A stretch of DNA of 64,000 nt from contig JAEUTN010000005.1 in assembly GCA_016787895.1 (NCBI GenBank), positions 214,811 to 278,810 on the forward strand, read 5' to 3'. A program made the translations under genes and the position numbers. Origin of the DNA: Bacteroidia bacterium (lineage in GTDB: Bacteria; Bacteroidota; Bacteroidia; B-17B0; Aurantibacillaceae). This document shows, piece after piece, positions 28,362 to 38,083 of this stretch. Each line of letters starts with the position of its first letter. Within the stretch, counting starts at the first letter, position 1. Under the pieces are notes generated by a model. The model saw only the letters and a list, made by a program, of their open reading frames with translations, made no database searches and had not been told where the DNA came from.

Positions 28362-28400
28362 AAAAAAACAGACGAACAGGCAAGGATGCCTGTTCGTCTG
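28362..28400 (-). terminator. terminator-like hairpin between ctaD and ctaA
   Basis: The minus strand has CAGACGAACAGGCA-TCCT-TGCCTGTTCGTCTG, a perfect 14-bp stem, followed by T7. Confidence 0.6.
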
Positions 28401-28448
28401 AAGAATGTTGTATTAAAAATGAGTGTGGTCGTAGCTCGAAAACAATTA

Positions 28449-30338
28449 TCAGCTCAAACCAAACACACGACGAATGGCCGCAAAGAAAACGCTATGGCCT
28501 GCATTCTCCTCGGCTACCTCTTTGTGCTCGGGAGCCGGAGTTTTTGAAGGGGCACCTGTGCCGGTTTCCTGTCCTTCGTCGGGGATGTATTGCGGGAAGA
28601 AATCTTCTTCGCGGTCGGGACGGCTGTATTCATAAGGTCCACGATATACAGTAGGTATCTCGCCGGGCCAGTTGCCGTGAATATGCTTAACCGGTGCACT
28701 CCATTCCAGAGAATTACTTTGCCATGGATTTTGCTCAGATTTTTTGCCACGGAATATGCTGTAGAAGAAGTTATAAAGGAACAGGAGTTGGGCTGCGCCA
28801 CCAATAATGGCTGCAATGGTAATGAGTTTATTCACGTCCATCCACACGTCGAAGTCTTTCACCAGGGTAAACATATAATACCGACGGGGCACACCAGCCA
28901 ATCCCATAAAGTGCATGGGGAAGAACACCAGATATGCGCAAATGAAGGTAATCCAGAAGTGGAAATAACCCAGTACATTATTTAGCATGCGGCCATACAT
29001 ACGGGGGAACCAGTGATAAATACCGGCGAACATCCCGAAGATAGCTGAGCTACCCATTACAAGGTGGAAGTGAGCCACCACAAAATAACTGTCATGCAGT
29101 TGAATATCTATCGCAGCATTTCCCAACCAGATACCAGTAACACCACCCGAGATAAAGAATGAAACGAGGCCTATGGAAAAGAGCATAGCAGGGGTAAACC
29201 GCAAATTGCCTTTCCAGAGTGTGGTAAGATAGTTGAACACCTTTACTGCGGAGGGTACAGCAATAATGAGTGTGAGAATCATAAACACACTGCCCAGGAA
29301 GGGGTTCATACCTGTAATAAACATATGGTGACCCCATACAATGAATGAAAGGAATGAAATACCCATGAGTGAAATCACCATGGCAGTGTATCCGAAGATA
29401 GGTTTACGTGCATTGGTTGAAATTACTTCAGAAGTAATACCCAGTGCAGGCATCAGGATAATGTAAACTTCGGGGTGACCCAGGAACCAGAACAAGTGCT
29501 GGTACAGTACCGGACTTCCACCAATGTTTTCGAGTGCACCCACTCCCTCAAGATAAATGTCTGACAGGTAGAAACTGGTGCCAAAACTGCGGTCGAAAAT
29601 GAGGAACAGACCCGCACCGAGGAGCACCGGGAATGACAGCAAACCCAATACTGCGGTAAAGAAGAAGGCCCAAATGGTGAGTGGCATGCGGTTCATGCTC
29701 ATCCCTTTGGTGCGCATATTGAGCACAGTACTGATATAGTTGATACCACCCAAGAGGGCAGAAACGATAAAGAGGACAATGGCCACAAGCCAGAGGGTCA
29801 TACCCAGGCCGGATCCGGGCATGGCTTTCTCAAGGGCACTCAATGGTGGATAAACTGTCCAGCCGGCAGATGCAGGACCGGTTTCAACCCCTACTGATAC
29901 GAGCAACACCACAGAAGAAAGGAAGAAGAACCAGTAACTGAGCATATTGAGGAAAGGAGAAGCCATATCCCTGGCTCCTACCTGCAATGGAATAAGAAGA
30001 TTACTAAATGTACCGCTGAGACCTGCGGTAAGGACATAAAATACCATAATGGTACCGTGGATGGTTACCAAACCCATGTAGAAGTTGGGGTCCAGTTTGC
30101 CATCAACTGCCCATTTACCCAGAAGCATTTCCAGGATGCCAAACTGCTCGTCGGGCCAGGCCAGTTGAAGTCGGAAAAGCAGGGACATTCCCATGCCGAT
30201 GATACCCATAATAATTCCTGTAATCAGGAATTGCTTGGAGATCATCTTATGGTCCATAGAGAACACATACTTGCTGATGAAGCTCTCTTTATGGTGATGA
30301 TGACCCTCGTGCTCTGCGTGTAATGCTGCGGTGCTCAT
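28449..30338 (-). CDS. ctaD: cytochrome c oxidase subunit I
   Basis: It carries heme-copper oxidase signatures: WFLGHPEVYI, the GHHMF region and VAHFHLVM. Confidence 0.96.
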   Translation of the reverse strand: MSTAALHAEHEGHHHHKESFISKYVFSMDHKMISKQFLITGIIMGIIGMGMSLLFRLQLAWPDEQFGILEMLLGKWAVDGKLDPNFYMGLVTIHGTIMVFYVLTAGLSGTFSNLLIPLQVGARDMASPFLNMLSYWFFFLSSVVLLVSVGVETGPASAGWTVYPPLSALEKAMPGSGLGMTLWLVAIVLFIVSALLGGINYISTVLNMRTKGMSMNRMPLTIWAFFFTAVLGLLSFPVLLGAGLFLIFDRSFGTSFYLSDIYLEGVGALENIGGSPVLYQHLFWFLGHPEVYIILMPALGITSEVISTNARKPIFGYTAMVISLMGISFLSFIVWGHHMFITGMNPFLGSVFMILTLIIAVPSAVKVFNYLTTLWKGNLRFTPAMLFSIGLVSFFISGGVTGIWLGNAAIDIQLHDSYFVVAHFHLVMGSSAIFGMFAGIYHWFPRMYGRMLNNVLGYFHFWITFICAYLVFFPMHFMGLAGVPRRYYMFTLVKDFDVWMDVNKLITIAAIIGGAAQLLFLYNFFYSIFRGKKSEQNPWQSNSLEWSAPVKHIHGNWPGEIPTVYRGPYEYSRPDREEDFFPQYIPDEGQETGTGAPSKTPAPEHKEVAEENAGHSVFFAAIRRVFGLS

Positions 30339-30365
30339 ATATTACTCGGGGTGTTTTTCTTTGAA

Positions 30366-31847
30366 TTAATTTAAGGCTACGGTGGGGGATTTAGCGGCAC
30401 TGTCTTTGGTGTTCTTTTCCCCTTTATCGTCGGTTGCAGGCGCAGCGGTTTTGGCCGGAACAACTTTGGCCTGCGATTCCAGCCACACCTTTTTGCGTGC
30501 TTCTGAGTCCACCACAGTGATTTTGATTTTCATGTTGTAGTGGGCTGCTCCGCAGATTTTGTTACAATAGAGGTAGTATTCAAATTCCTTGTTGCCTTTA
30601 ATCTGCCTTGCTTCTTCGGTGGTGTGGGTAGGCGTGAAAGCAAACTGAGTAGCCATGCCGGGAACACAGTTCATTTGTGCACGGAATTCTGGCATATAGG
30701 CAGAGTGAATTACATCACGGGCCCTGAATTTAAATACATATGGTTTGTTTTTCACCAAAACGATTTCGGTAGTAATGCGGTCATCGTTGGCAGAATTGTT
30801 GAAAACATCCTTGTTGCTTCGGTATTCTGCAATACGCTGCAAGGTGGTCTTTTTGCGGTCGCGTTCTTTTTCGAGTTTGCGAACATAAGCCCCGGAGGCG
30901 GCGTCGCAGGCTTTCTCTTTCAATTCTTTATACACCACCGGATATGCGGTGATATTTTGCTTTCCTTCCAGATCGGCCAATGCTGCTTTCCATACTTTGG
31001 CACTGTCCGGCGCATATTTAATCAGGGTATCGAATTGAGAAATCTCATTCTTCAGTTCTGCTGAGAGTGAATCCACATACTCGTCTACAGCCAGCCCCAA
31101 AGGATTTTTACCAGAGGTAAATGTGAAACTGTGTTGTCCGAATTTTTTGTCTTCGCCGGCATAGCGGGCTTTCCAGCCAAACTGGTAAGCATACACTTCT
31201 ATTTCTTCGCTGTCTGCGGGAATATCGTTTGTGATTTTTGACCAGGTATTGAATCCCCGCAATACGAGAAAGGTAAGAACAACTGCAGGTACAATGGTCC
31301 AGATCATTTCAAGTGTGTTGTTATGGTAGTAGTAGTGCGCTTTTTTACCTTCACGGTAACGGTAGCGGAACATAAACCAGAACAACAGACATTCTGTGAT
31401 TACAAATACAACAAAGGTGAATCCAAGGGTCCACCAGATCATAGAATCGAGGGTAGCGCCATGAAGTGAAAACGCGTTGCCCAGCAGCACGTATTTGCCA
31501 TGGTAAACCATTTCATACCATACACCGATACCACCGGCAACCATTGCAATGAGTGCAACCCAGGCATTGGTGAGGTTCCATTTGATTACCTTTTTACCTG
31601 TGAGTTTTTCGGTAAGAGATCCGATATCAAAAGCTCTGGCAATAACCAGAATAACCAGCACTGACAGCACCAGATAGCAGATAAAAACCCAGTCCCAGGA
31701 GGAAGGGTCGAAACCGGCAGGTGGTTTCACTACATCGGGTGCGGCCTGGGCCTGAGCCAGTATGGGCATTGCAAGCATCGCCAGTGCCATAAGGGTTTTA
31801 CCCCAGGCGGATTTAGCTTTAACTGCGAAGTGTAGGAGCATTTTCAT
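30366..31847 (-). CDS. ctaC: cytochrome c oxidase subunit II (long Bacteroidota form)
   Basis: It has a signal peptide and two helices. A CuA site is present: DVIHSAYMPEF...CNKICGAAHYNM. A ~150-aa charged insert separates the TM region from the cupredoxin domain. Confidence 0.9.
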   Translation of the reverse strand: MKMLLHFAVKAKSAWGKTLMALAMLAMPILAQAQAAPDVVKPPAGFDPSSWDWVFICYLVLSVLVILVIARAFDIGSLTEKLTGKKVIKWNLTNAWVALIAMVAGGIGVWYEMVYHGKYVLLGNAFSLHGATLDSMIWWTLGFTFVVFVITECLLFWFMFRYRYREGKKAHYYYHNNTLEMIWTIVPAVVLTFLVLRGFNTWSKITNDIPADSEEIEVYAYQFGWKARYAGEDKKFGQHSFTFTSGKNPLGLAVDEYVDSLSAELKNEISQFDTLIKYAPDSAKVWKAALADLEGKQNITAYPVVYKELKEKACDAASGAYVRKLEKERDRKKTTLQRIAEYRSNKDVFNNSANDDRITTEIVLVKNKPYVFKFRARDVIHSAYMPEFRAQMNCVPGMATQFAFTPTHTTEEARQIKGNKEFEYYLYCNKICGAAHYNMKIKITVVDSEARKKVWLESQAKVVPAKTAAPATDDKGEKNTKDSAAKSPTVALN

Positions 31848-31955
31848 CTAAGCCTATTATGGATTCAGGCCGCAAATTTAGTCATCTGAGATAGGATTCA
31901 AACAAAAACTCTACAATTTTTTAAAGGCTGTTCCAGTATGCCTTTACAGGCTGCA

Positions 31956-33410
31956 TCACGGCCTTTTACTCTGGGTTTTAATCATGTTCAAAAGACCAGA
32001 ATTAGCGGTATCGGGGTCCAGAATCTGCAGGAAATCCCCACCACCCAAAGCAGAGAGTTTACTGAGGAACTCCATGGCTCTGGGATCTGCACCTAAACCT
32101 ATGGTGCTCAAATGAATTCCTGCTTTGTTGGCCTCGGCTATCATTTTCTCCATGTCGCGCCGGCTCAGATTTCCACCACTGAAAAGCCCGTCTGTAGCGA
32201 TAATAATCTGATTGTTCCCTCCCTCCATGAAGTGCGTGCGGGCCAGACTGTATGCCATTTGTAAAGCAGCACCCCCATTGGTTGCACCAGAGGCTGTCAT
32301 GTGATTCACCCTATACTTCAGGCTGTCTTTCTTCGTCACAAAGACCGGACTCTGGATCAATTCAGCATTGCTACTGAGGCTTACAAGTCCCACTTTGTCA
32401 CCTTCCCTCAGGGCATCGATAAGGGTAGAAATGCCCGATTTCAGGTTGGTAAGCTTATTCTCCCGTTTCATAGATGCTGAAATATCTACAACCAGGATTA
32501 CATTGTTCCAGGCATATACCCTGCTGTCCAGAAGCGTACTGTCCCTGGCGGGTTGTTCGGGTTTTGCCGGTTTCACGGGCATGGTGTCGTGATGTGTATG
32601 CGCGGCACTGTCTTCTTCCAGCCAGAATTCTCCGGGATCATCTGTTTTGGGTTCATCCCGGTTTCGGGATGGCTTTGGATCCGGACGGTCCGGAAAAGTA
32701 TCGGTTTTCCGGGTATCTGCTGCCACCACCTCAGGTTCGGTGGATTTGTCGAGATACACAACAAAATGATTCTGGTAGGGCTCCAGTGTTATGAGTGCAA
32801 GGTATTCGTCGTAACCGGCCTTTGTGACATTCACTTTGTATGCACCAGGAAACACTTTCATCCTGAAACCCTGTTCGTAATGTTCCAGTGGTACTTTGTG
32901 GTTGTCTCTGGTTTTTACCCATATGGTATTGGGTTCCAGCACTGCATCGGTTTCTCTGTCCCGCACTTCCATTGTTACCAGTTTTTCAATCCGGTTCTCT
33001 TCTCTGCCGGCATTCACTATAGGGCAGCGCAATTGTGCGGAAGGATCAAAGCCTTTGATGTTTCCTTTTAGTGTAAAAACAATGGGATCCGGTCTTAAAT
33101 TGAAATACAATGGAATTTGCACATCGAACCGGCCTCTTTCAGTGGTATAGTATACAATACCCACATCAAGGGTTTGGCCCGGTTCCACTGCGCGGTTGCT
33201 GTACAAAACCTGATACTCTTCTTTATAAAAGGTAGGAAGAAATATCAGTGTTCGGGAAGCGCCATTCCTTAGTTTAAACCACGCTGTATCATTATTCCAG
33301 TAGGTGACTTCGCCAAAATCCCATGACTGCCTGTCCGCAGCAACCTCCTGACCGCTTGCCTGTCCGAAAATCAGGGCGCAGAACGCTATGAATATTCCTC
33401 TTATGAACAC
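31956..33410 (-). CDS. secreted VWA-domain protein with DUF1573-like N-terminal domain
   Basis: VILVVDISASM...GDKVGLVSLSS...ATNGGAAL...IIATDG shows VWA MIDAS motifs. The N-terminal SWDFGEVTYWNNDTAWFKLRN is DUF1573-like. Confidence 0.8.
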   Translation of the reverse strand: MFIRGIFIAFCALIFGQASGQEVAADRQSWDFGEVTYWNNDTAWFKLRNGASRTLIFLPTFYKEEYQVLYSNRAVEPGQTLDVGIVYYTTERGRFDVQIPLYFNLRPDPIVFTLKGNIKGFDPSAQLRCPIVNAGREENRIEKLVTMEVRDRETDAVLEPNTIWVKTRDNHKVPLEHYEQGFRMKVFPGAYKVNVTKAGYDEYLALITLEPYQNHFVVYLDKSTEPEVVAADTRKTDTFPDRPDPKPSRNRDEPKTDDPGEFWLEEDSAAHTHHDTMPVKPAKPEQPARDSTLLDSRVYAWNNVILVVDISASMKRENKLTNLKSGISTLIDALREGDKVGLVSLSSNAELIQSPVFVTKKDSLKYRVNHMTASGATNGGAALQMAYSLARTHFMEGGNNQIIIATDGLFSGGNLSRRDMEKMIAEANKAGIHLSTIGLGADPRAMEFLSKLSALGGGDFLQILDPDTANSGLLNMIKTQSKRP

Positions 33411-33457
33411 TGTATATATCCTCTAACGGCAAAATCCGGACCGATATTGAATTATCA

Positions 33458-34255
33458 TTATACCTTCTCCCACAAAACGGCCAATTCCTCGAACTGTGCA
33501 ACAGACAATTGCTCGGCGCGCAAACCCACCCACTCCGTGGGAATCTGAAAACCGGGTTTACTGCTGGTGAGGGATTTCAGGGCATTTGACAATGTTTTTC
33601 TGCGTTGATTGAAAGCGGTTTTAACAACCAGTGACAATGATTTGTAAGTGCATGCAGGGCCTTGCGCTTTTCGCCGGCAGGCGATAACTCCACTTCTCAC
33701 CTTGGGCGGAGGGAAAAAGCAATCGGGTTCTACGGTAAAGATGTATTCGCACTGATACCAGGATTGCAACAGTACACTTGTTACACCATACTCTTTATTG
33801 CCATGTGGTGCACAAAATCGCCGTGCAACTTCCATTTGAAACATACCTCCAAAAAACGACACCGGAATGGGAGATTCCAGAACCTGAAATGCAATCTGAG
33901 TGCTGATGTTATAGGGGTAATTGCCTATCACAGCGGGATTCTGTGCCGTAAAAATCTCTGAGGGCCGGAGTTTTAAAAAATCTGCATTCAACAATTTCAA
34001 ACCCACCGCCCAATCTGCCTTCTCCAGATAGTTTACTGATTCCCTGTCAATTTCAACACAGATGAGCTTATCGCCCCAGACCGGATAGAGCAACTTTGTA
34101 AGCACACCTGTACCTGGTCCTATTTCTATCAATTGACCGGCTTCGGAAGGTGAAACAATGGCAGCTATGCGTTCTGCCGCGTTTTGATCTACCAGAAAAT
34201 GCTGTCCCAGGTGTTTTTTGGGCCGCACTGAATGGTTTCCTGGTCTTTCCCTCAT
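33458..34255 (-). CDS. rsmA: 16S rRNA (adenine1518/1519-N6)-dimethyltransferase
   Basis: It contains RPKKHLGQHFLVD and EIGPGTGVLT. The start at 34255 overlaps the HD-gene stop as ATGA. Confidence 0.9.
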   Translation of the reverse strand: MRERPGNHSVRPKKHLGQHFLVDQNAAERIAAIVSPSEAGQLIEIGPGTGVLTKLLYPVWGDKLICVEIDRESVNYLEKADWAVGLKLLNADFLKLRPSEIFTAQNPAVIGNYPYNISTQIAFQVLESPIPVSFFGGMFQMEVARRFCAPHGNKEYGVTSVLLQSWYQCEYIFTVEPDCFFPPPKVRSGVIACRRKAQGPACTYKSLSLVVKTAFNQRRKTLSNALKSLTSSKPGFQIPTEWVGLRAEQLSVAQFEELAVLWEKV

Positions 34256-35487
34256 TGTGTTTCTGCCCAATAAGTGACAAAATAGCGGGTTACTGTCTTT
34301 TTAAGGGCAGACAGATTGTAGTTGTCCGAAGCTTCTGCTACATCCACAAGGGTGCCATCTTTGCGGCAAATCCAGATGCCGCCTCCTTCGCTTATATAGG
34401 CATGGTTCATCAGCACGCCGGCGCGTACAAAATATTCAGCATCGCCGGTCGTTTCCAGGCCAAAAAGTTGTTTGGCTCTGCTACGCAGACTTTCCACAAC
34501 TGTGTGAGGAACAGGCTCATTTTGTACCTGTATTTTGGGAAGTTGCCGGTATAGCATGGCCGAAGCCAGCCTGGCCAGAACCGGGTCTTCATGAAACTGC
34601 CAGCTTTTTACTGCGGTCATGATATCGTAATCATCAAGCAGGACAAATAAATTCAGGGATTCTTCATCAAATTTGTCACGGTCTATTTCCCGGCCCAGGA
34701 AATGTACCAGTGGATGGTAACTGCCAAGATAATGTCCTTGCGAAGCGAGAAAACGGGCTCGCTGCAGAATGGAAATAAGCAATTCATCTGCTGCTATCAC
34801 CGTTTTGTGTAGATAAACCTGCCAGTACATAAGTCTGCGAGCCACCAGAAATTTCTCCACACTGTAAATCCCTTTCTCTTCTACCACCAGTTGTCCTTTG
34901 CTTACGTTCAGCATGTGAATGATGCGGTCTGCACCCACTATACCTTCACTCACTCCGGTATAAAAACTGTCCCTGCTCAGGTAATCCAGCCTGTCCATAT
35001 CCAGTTGCCCGGATATCAACTGGCCCAGAAAAGGCTTTTCGGGATATTGACCGTTGAAAATACGAATGGCCAAATCCAGTTTCCCTTCCATTTCATGGTT
35101 GAGTCTGGCCATGAGCAGGGTTGAAATGGTTTCATGGCTCACCCCTTTGATCAATGAGTGTTCCAACGTATGGCTGTACGGTCCGTGCCCGATATCATGA
35201 AGCAGAATGCCCAGACAGGCAGCTTCGGTTTCTTGCTCCGTAATTTCAACTCCCTTCTGCTTGAGCACATCAAGGGCTTTTACCATCAGATTCAGAGCAC
35301 CCAGGGCATGATGAAACCGTGTGTGGGTGGCGCCGGGGTATACCAGTTCTGTAAGTCCCAACTGACGTATACGACGCAAACGCTGAAAATAGGGGTGCTG
35401 AATGACGTCATAAATTAACGGAGAGGGTACGGCAAGGAAGCCATACACCGGGTCATTGATAATTTTATTCTTATTGCCGCCAGCCAT
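34252..35487 (-). CDS. HD-domain phosphohydrolase (dNTPase/SAMHD1-like family)
   Basis: It contains INDPVYGF...FQRLRRIRQLG...THTRFHHALGA...LLHDIGHGPYSH. An alternative ATG lies at 35529. Confidence 0.8.
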   Translation of the reverse strand: MAGGNKNKIINDPVYGFLAVPSPLIYDVIQHPYFQRLRRIRQLGLTELVYPGATHTRFHHALGALNLMVKALDVLKQKGVEITEQETEAACLGILLHDIGHGPYSHTLEHSLIKGVSHETISTLLMARLNHEMEGKLDLAIRIFNGQYPEKPFLGQLISGQLDMDRLDYLSRDSFYTGVSEGIVGADRIIHMLNVSKGQLVVEEKGIYSVEKFLVARRLMYWQVYLHKTVIAADELLISILQRARFLASQGHYLGSYHPLVHFLGREIDRDKFDEESLNLFVLLDDYDIMTAVKSWQFHEDPVLARLASAMLYRQLPKIQVQNEPVPHTVVESLRSRAKQLFGLETTGDAEYFVRAGVLMNHAYISEGGGIWICRKDGTLVDVAEASDNYNLSALKKTVTRYFVTYWAETQ

Positions 35488-35515
35488 AGGCGGTGCAAAG
35501 GTAGCCTGACAAAGG

Positions 35516-36121
35516 TCAGTTTGTTTCATCCCACACCAGCCTGCCGGAAGAAGGCTTGCGGGATTTAACTTCGGTAATAAAGTATTCCAGCTCGGTGTTG
35601 TAAGGATCTGTGGGATTCAATCCTATGTATTGCTCAAAGAGATATACCATTTCTTCAACCTGCCTGTTGCTTATGCCATCTTTATGCATCATGCGGCGGA
35701 ATCCGGAGCCTGCATGTAACCATGCACTTATATTAAAACCATTCTTATGGCCGGCTTTGGCAATATACAGTTTGAAAAAACCAATGGCCAGGCTATCCTT
35801 TTGCTGTCTTTCAAAGTTCAGGCCCCGGTACCAGTAATTGCCGCCTTCATTGGTATCCCGATCTGTCATTCGCCTCAGCATACTGTCTGCTTCATCATGC
35901 CTTTTCAGATTAATGAGTGCATGCACCCACAATTGTTGCAAAGCCACATCCTGTGGTGTTTTTAGCAGCAGGGAAGCATATATCTTTTCGGCTTCGGTAA
36001 ACCGGCGCTGATTCATGGCCCGGGCAGCTTGAGTAAGGGGGTCGGTGGTTTCGTCATCCTCTTGTGCCTGTACCGGAATCCAGAGAAAAATGACAAAAAA
36101 CAGGGGCAGGATTTTCTTCAT
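35516..36121 (-). CDS. hypothetical secreted helical-repeat protein
   Basis: The signal peptide is MKKILPLFFVIFLWIPVQAQ. The sequence has TPR-like helical content. Confidence 0.5.
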   Translation of the reverse strand: MKKILPLFFVIFLWIPVQAQEDDETTDPLTQAARAMNQRRFTEAEKIYASLLLKTPQDVALQQLWVHALINLKRHDEADSMLRRMTDRDTNEGGNYWYRGLNFERQQKDSLAIGFFKLYIAKAGHKNGFNISAWLHAGSGFRRMMHKDGISNRQVEEMVYLFEQYIGLNPTDPYNTELEYFITEVKSRKPSSGRLVWDETN

Positions 36122-36312
36122 GGTGCAAAAAACAGGCGATTATAACCCAAATTTGTGCCATCATACAACGTCAAAAACCGGGCCGGATTGTATATGCCCT
36201 GCAAATTGCAGGCATATTTTTCGTTTTATCCTGCCAGCAAAAGCCCGACTTAATAAAAAGCTTTGGCACTGAAAATACAGAATCCCGGGTACTGCCTTCC
36301 TTTCATTCCATA

Positions 36313-36912
36313 TTGGTCGGTAAGAAATTTCGTCTGGTGTTAAAACAGGATACCTCTAAACCGGAGAATGCTGAAATCCGGTATGGAAGTAACCTGATGG
36401 ACGGCATTACCACCCGGGTAGAAAACGGGGTATTGCATATTCTGGATGACAACAAATACAACTGGGTTCGGAGTTTAAAGGTATTCCCCACTGTTACCCT
36501 CAACATAAAAACCTTGCGAAAACTGACCATAAACGGATCGGCAAGCGTAGTGTGTGAAGATACCCTTTCAGGAAATTCACTGGAAATAGAAATGAGCAGT
36601 GTAGCCGGGCAAACGCTTTTATTGAATTACGGACAGGTATATGGAACAGGAAGCAATACCGGACATGTGTTTTTCCGCGGCAAGGGCACCATTTTCAGCT
36701 GGGGTTGCGAAACCGGAAGCTGGTTTGACGCCCGCGACCTGGAATGTGATGACGCCTATGTAAGGCATTACACACACCATGACGTGAATATAAACCCGGC
36801 AAAACAAATGGAAGTATATATATACGGAGATGGGAACATCCGGTACTTCCGTGACCCGACCATCAGGCTCAGCAAGTGGGAGAATGGCAGGGGCCGCTTA
36901 ATCAGAGAATAA
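36313..36912 (+). CDS. DUF2807 (GIN-domain) beta-helix protein; N-terminus probably upstream of the TTG shown
   Basis: F..I.V....RLVLKQD...VENGVLHI...LTINGSASV...GDGNIRYFRDP fits the DUF2807 pattern. The in-frame upstream sequence encodes a lipoprotein leader but no canonical start. See finding. Confidence 0.6.
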   Translation: MVGKKFRLVLKQDTSKPENAEIRYGSNLMDGITTRVENGVLHILDDNKYNWVRSLKVFPTVTLNIKTLRKLTINGSASVVCEDTLSGNSLEIEMSSVAGQTLLLNYGQVYGTGSNTGHVFFRGKGTIFSWGCETGSWFDARDLECDDAYVRHYTHHDVNINPAKQMEVYIYGDGNIRYFRDPTIRLSKWENGRGRLIRE

Positions 36913-36913
36913 T

Positions 36914-37597
36914 ATGCAGCCAGGAATCTCACTTATTCTTATAGGCATCAATGTTTTGCTTTTTCTGGCGGCCCGGCAGCAGCCCGAAATGGTGAGCCGG
37001 ATGTTGTTCGTTACCGGCCGTATCCGGCATAACAGGGAATATGACCGGCTGATGCTTTCAGGGTTTCTGCATATCAGTCCCATGCACCTGCTGTTCAACA
37101 TGCTCACCTTATACTACTTTGGTCCTTATGCAGAGCAGTTGTATGGCCTCTGGCGCTTTTGTGCCATTTATCTGGTATCCATACTCGGGGGTAATTTGTT
37201 TTGCCTGCTGATGCGAAGGGAAGACGATGACTACGCTGCATTGGGTGCATCCGGCGGACTTCTGGGGCTGATTTACGCAATGATTCTGGCAGTGCCGGAC
37301 AGTAAGATTTATATGTTTTTTATCCCTGTGGGCATACCCGGCTGGTTATTCGGGATTTTGTTCACCGTCATTTCCATTGCCTTGTCCCAATCCCGCCGGG
37401 GCGCTGAGGCAGGCATATCCCATGAAGGACATCTGGGAGGCGCAGCGGCAGGGGCTTTGCTGGCGTTGTGGTTTTTGCGCCACCACCCTCTGGGTGATGA
37501 ATCCATTTGGTTTTTGGCTGGTGGACTGGCTCCGGTTATCCTGTTTGCAATGGTAAAATGGTTGGCTCCCGGATCCCTTTATCGCTATAAAAAATAG
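36914..37597 (+). CDS. rhomboid-family intramembrane serine protease
   Basis: It has six helices, GASGGLLGL (the GxSG catalytic Ser) and HEGHLGGAAAG (the catalytic His). Confidence 0.8.
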   Translation: MQPGISLILIGINVLLFLAARQQPEMVSRMLFVTGRIRHNREYDRLMLSGFLHISPMHLLFNMLTLYYFGPYAEQLYGLWRFCAIYLVSILGGNLFCLLMRREDDDYAALGASGGLLGLIYAMILAVPDSKIYMFFIPVGIPGWLFGILFTVISIALSQSRRGAEAGISHEGHLGGAAAGALLALWFLRHHPLGDESIWFLAGGLAPVILFAMVKWLAPGSLYRYKK

Positions 37598-37692
37598 CAT
37601 TGTTTGAAGGTGGAAATATTGCTATATTTGCACCCCGTTCTAAGGAAAGAAATATTCCGGTTATTCAACCCTCTGTGTTTGAATAAAATACT

Positions 37693-37777
37693 GCCCAGAT
37701 GGCGAAATTGGTAGACGCACCGTCTTCAGGTGGCGGCGCCGCAAGGTGTGCAGGTTCGAGTCCTGTTCTGGGCACCA
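37693..37777 (+). tRNA. tRNA-Leu (anticodon CAG), CCA encoded
   Basis: The acceptor stem is GCCCAGA/TCTGGGC, the anticodon stem CCGTC/GGCGG with the loop TT-CAG-GT, and the T-loop TTCGAGT. A long variable arm is present, and the 3' end is ACCA. Confidence 0.93.
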
Positions 37778-37822
37778 CGGAATAATTTTCAGGGTTAATA
37801 TTCCGAAAGGTTTTATAACCCT

Positions 37823-37904
37823 GCCCAGTTGGTGAAATTGGTAGACACGCCATCTTGAGGGGGTGGTGTCGCAAGACGTGCTGGTTCGAGTCCAGTACTG
37901 GGCA
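37823..37904 (+). tRNA. tRNA-Leu (anticodon GAG)
   Basis: The acceptor stem is GCCCAGT/ACTGGGC, the anticodon stem CCATC/GGTGG with the loop TT-GAG-GG. A long variable arm and the T-loop TTCGAGT are present. CCA is not encoded. Confidence 0.92.
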
Positions 37905-38083
37905 CAAACTCCAGCAATGGGGTTTATTAGTTGTTTTCATGGCAAAGGTAAAGCGGCCCTAACAGGTCGCTTTACTGATTTTATATGCCTATGGATCCAT
38001 ATTCCTTTATGCCACTTACCGCGATATCGGGCATCCGACGGGATTAAAGTTCCGGCACGGGCAATGTGGTTGCTAACAGAAAT

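Noticed and set aside
28033-28383. 116-aa TTG-initiated ORF overlapping the 5' end of ctaA
   Set aside because: It is out of frame with ctaA and has no protein-like features beyond its first ~7 codons. It is considered only as a possible entry frame for a T7 slip (see finding).
34252-35487. HD/SAMHD1-like dNTPase as an anti-phage dNTP-depletion gene
   Set aside because: It is embedded in a housekeeping string, overlaps rsmA by ATGA and has backbone composition. It looks like the conserved Bacteroidota HD phosphohydrolase rather than an island-borne defence gene.
37665-37940. 91-aa minus-strand ORF
   Set aside because: It is completely covered by the two tRNA-Leu genes on the opposite strand.
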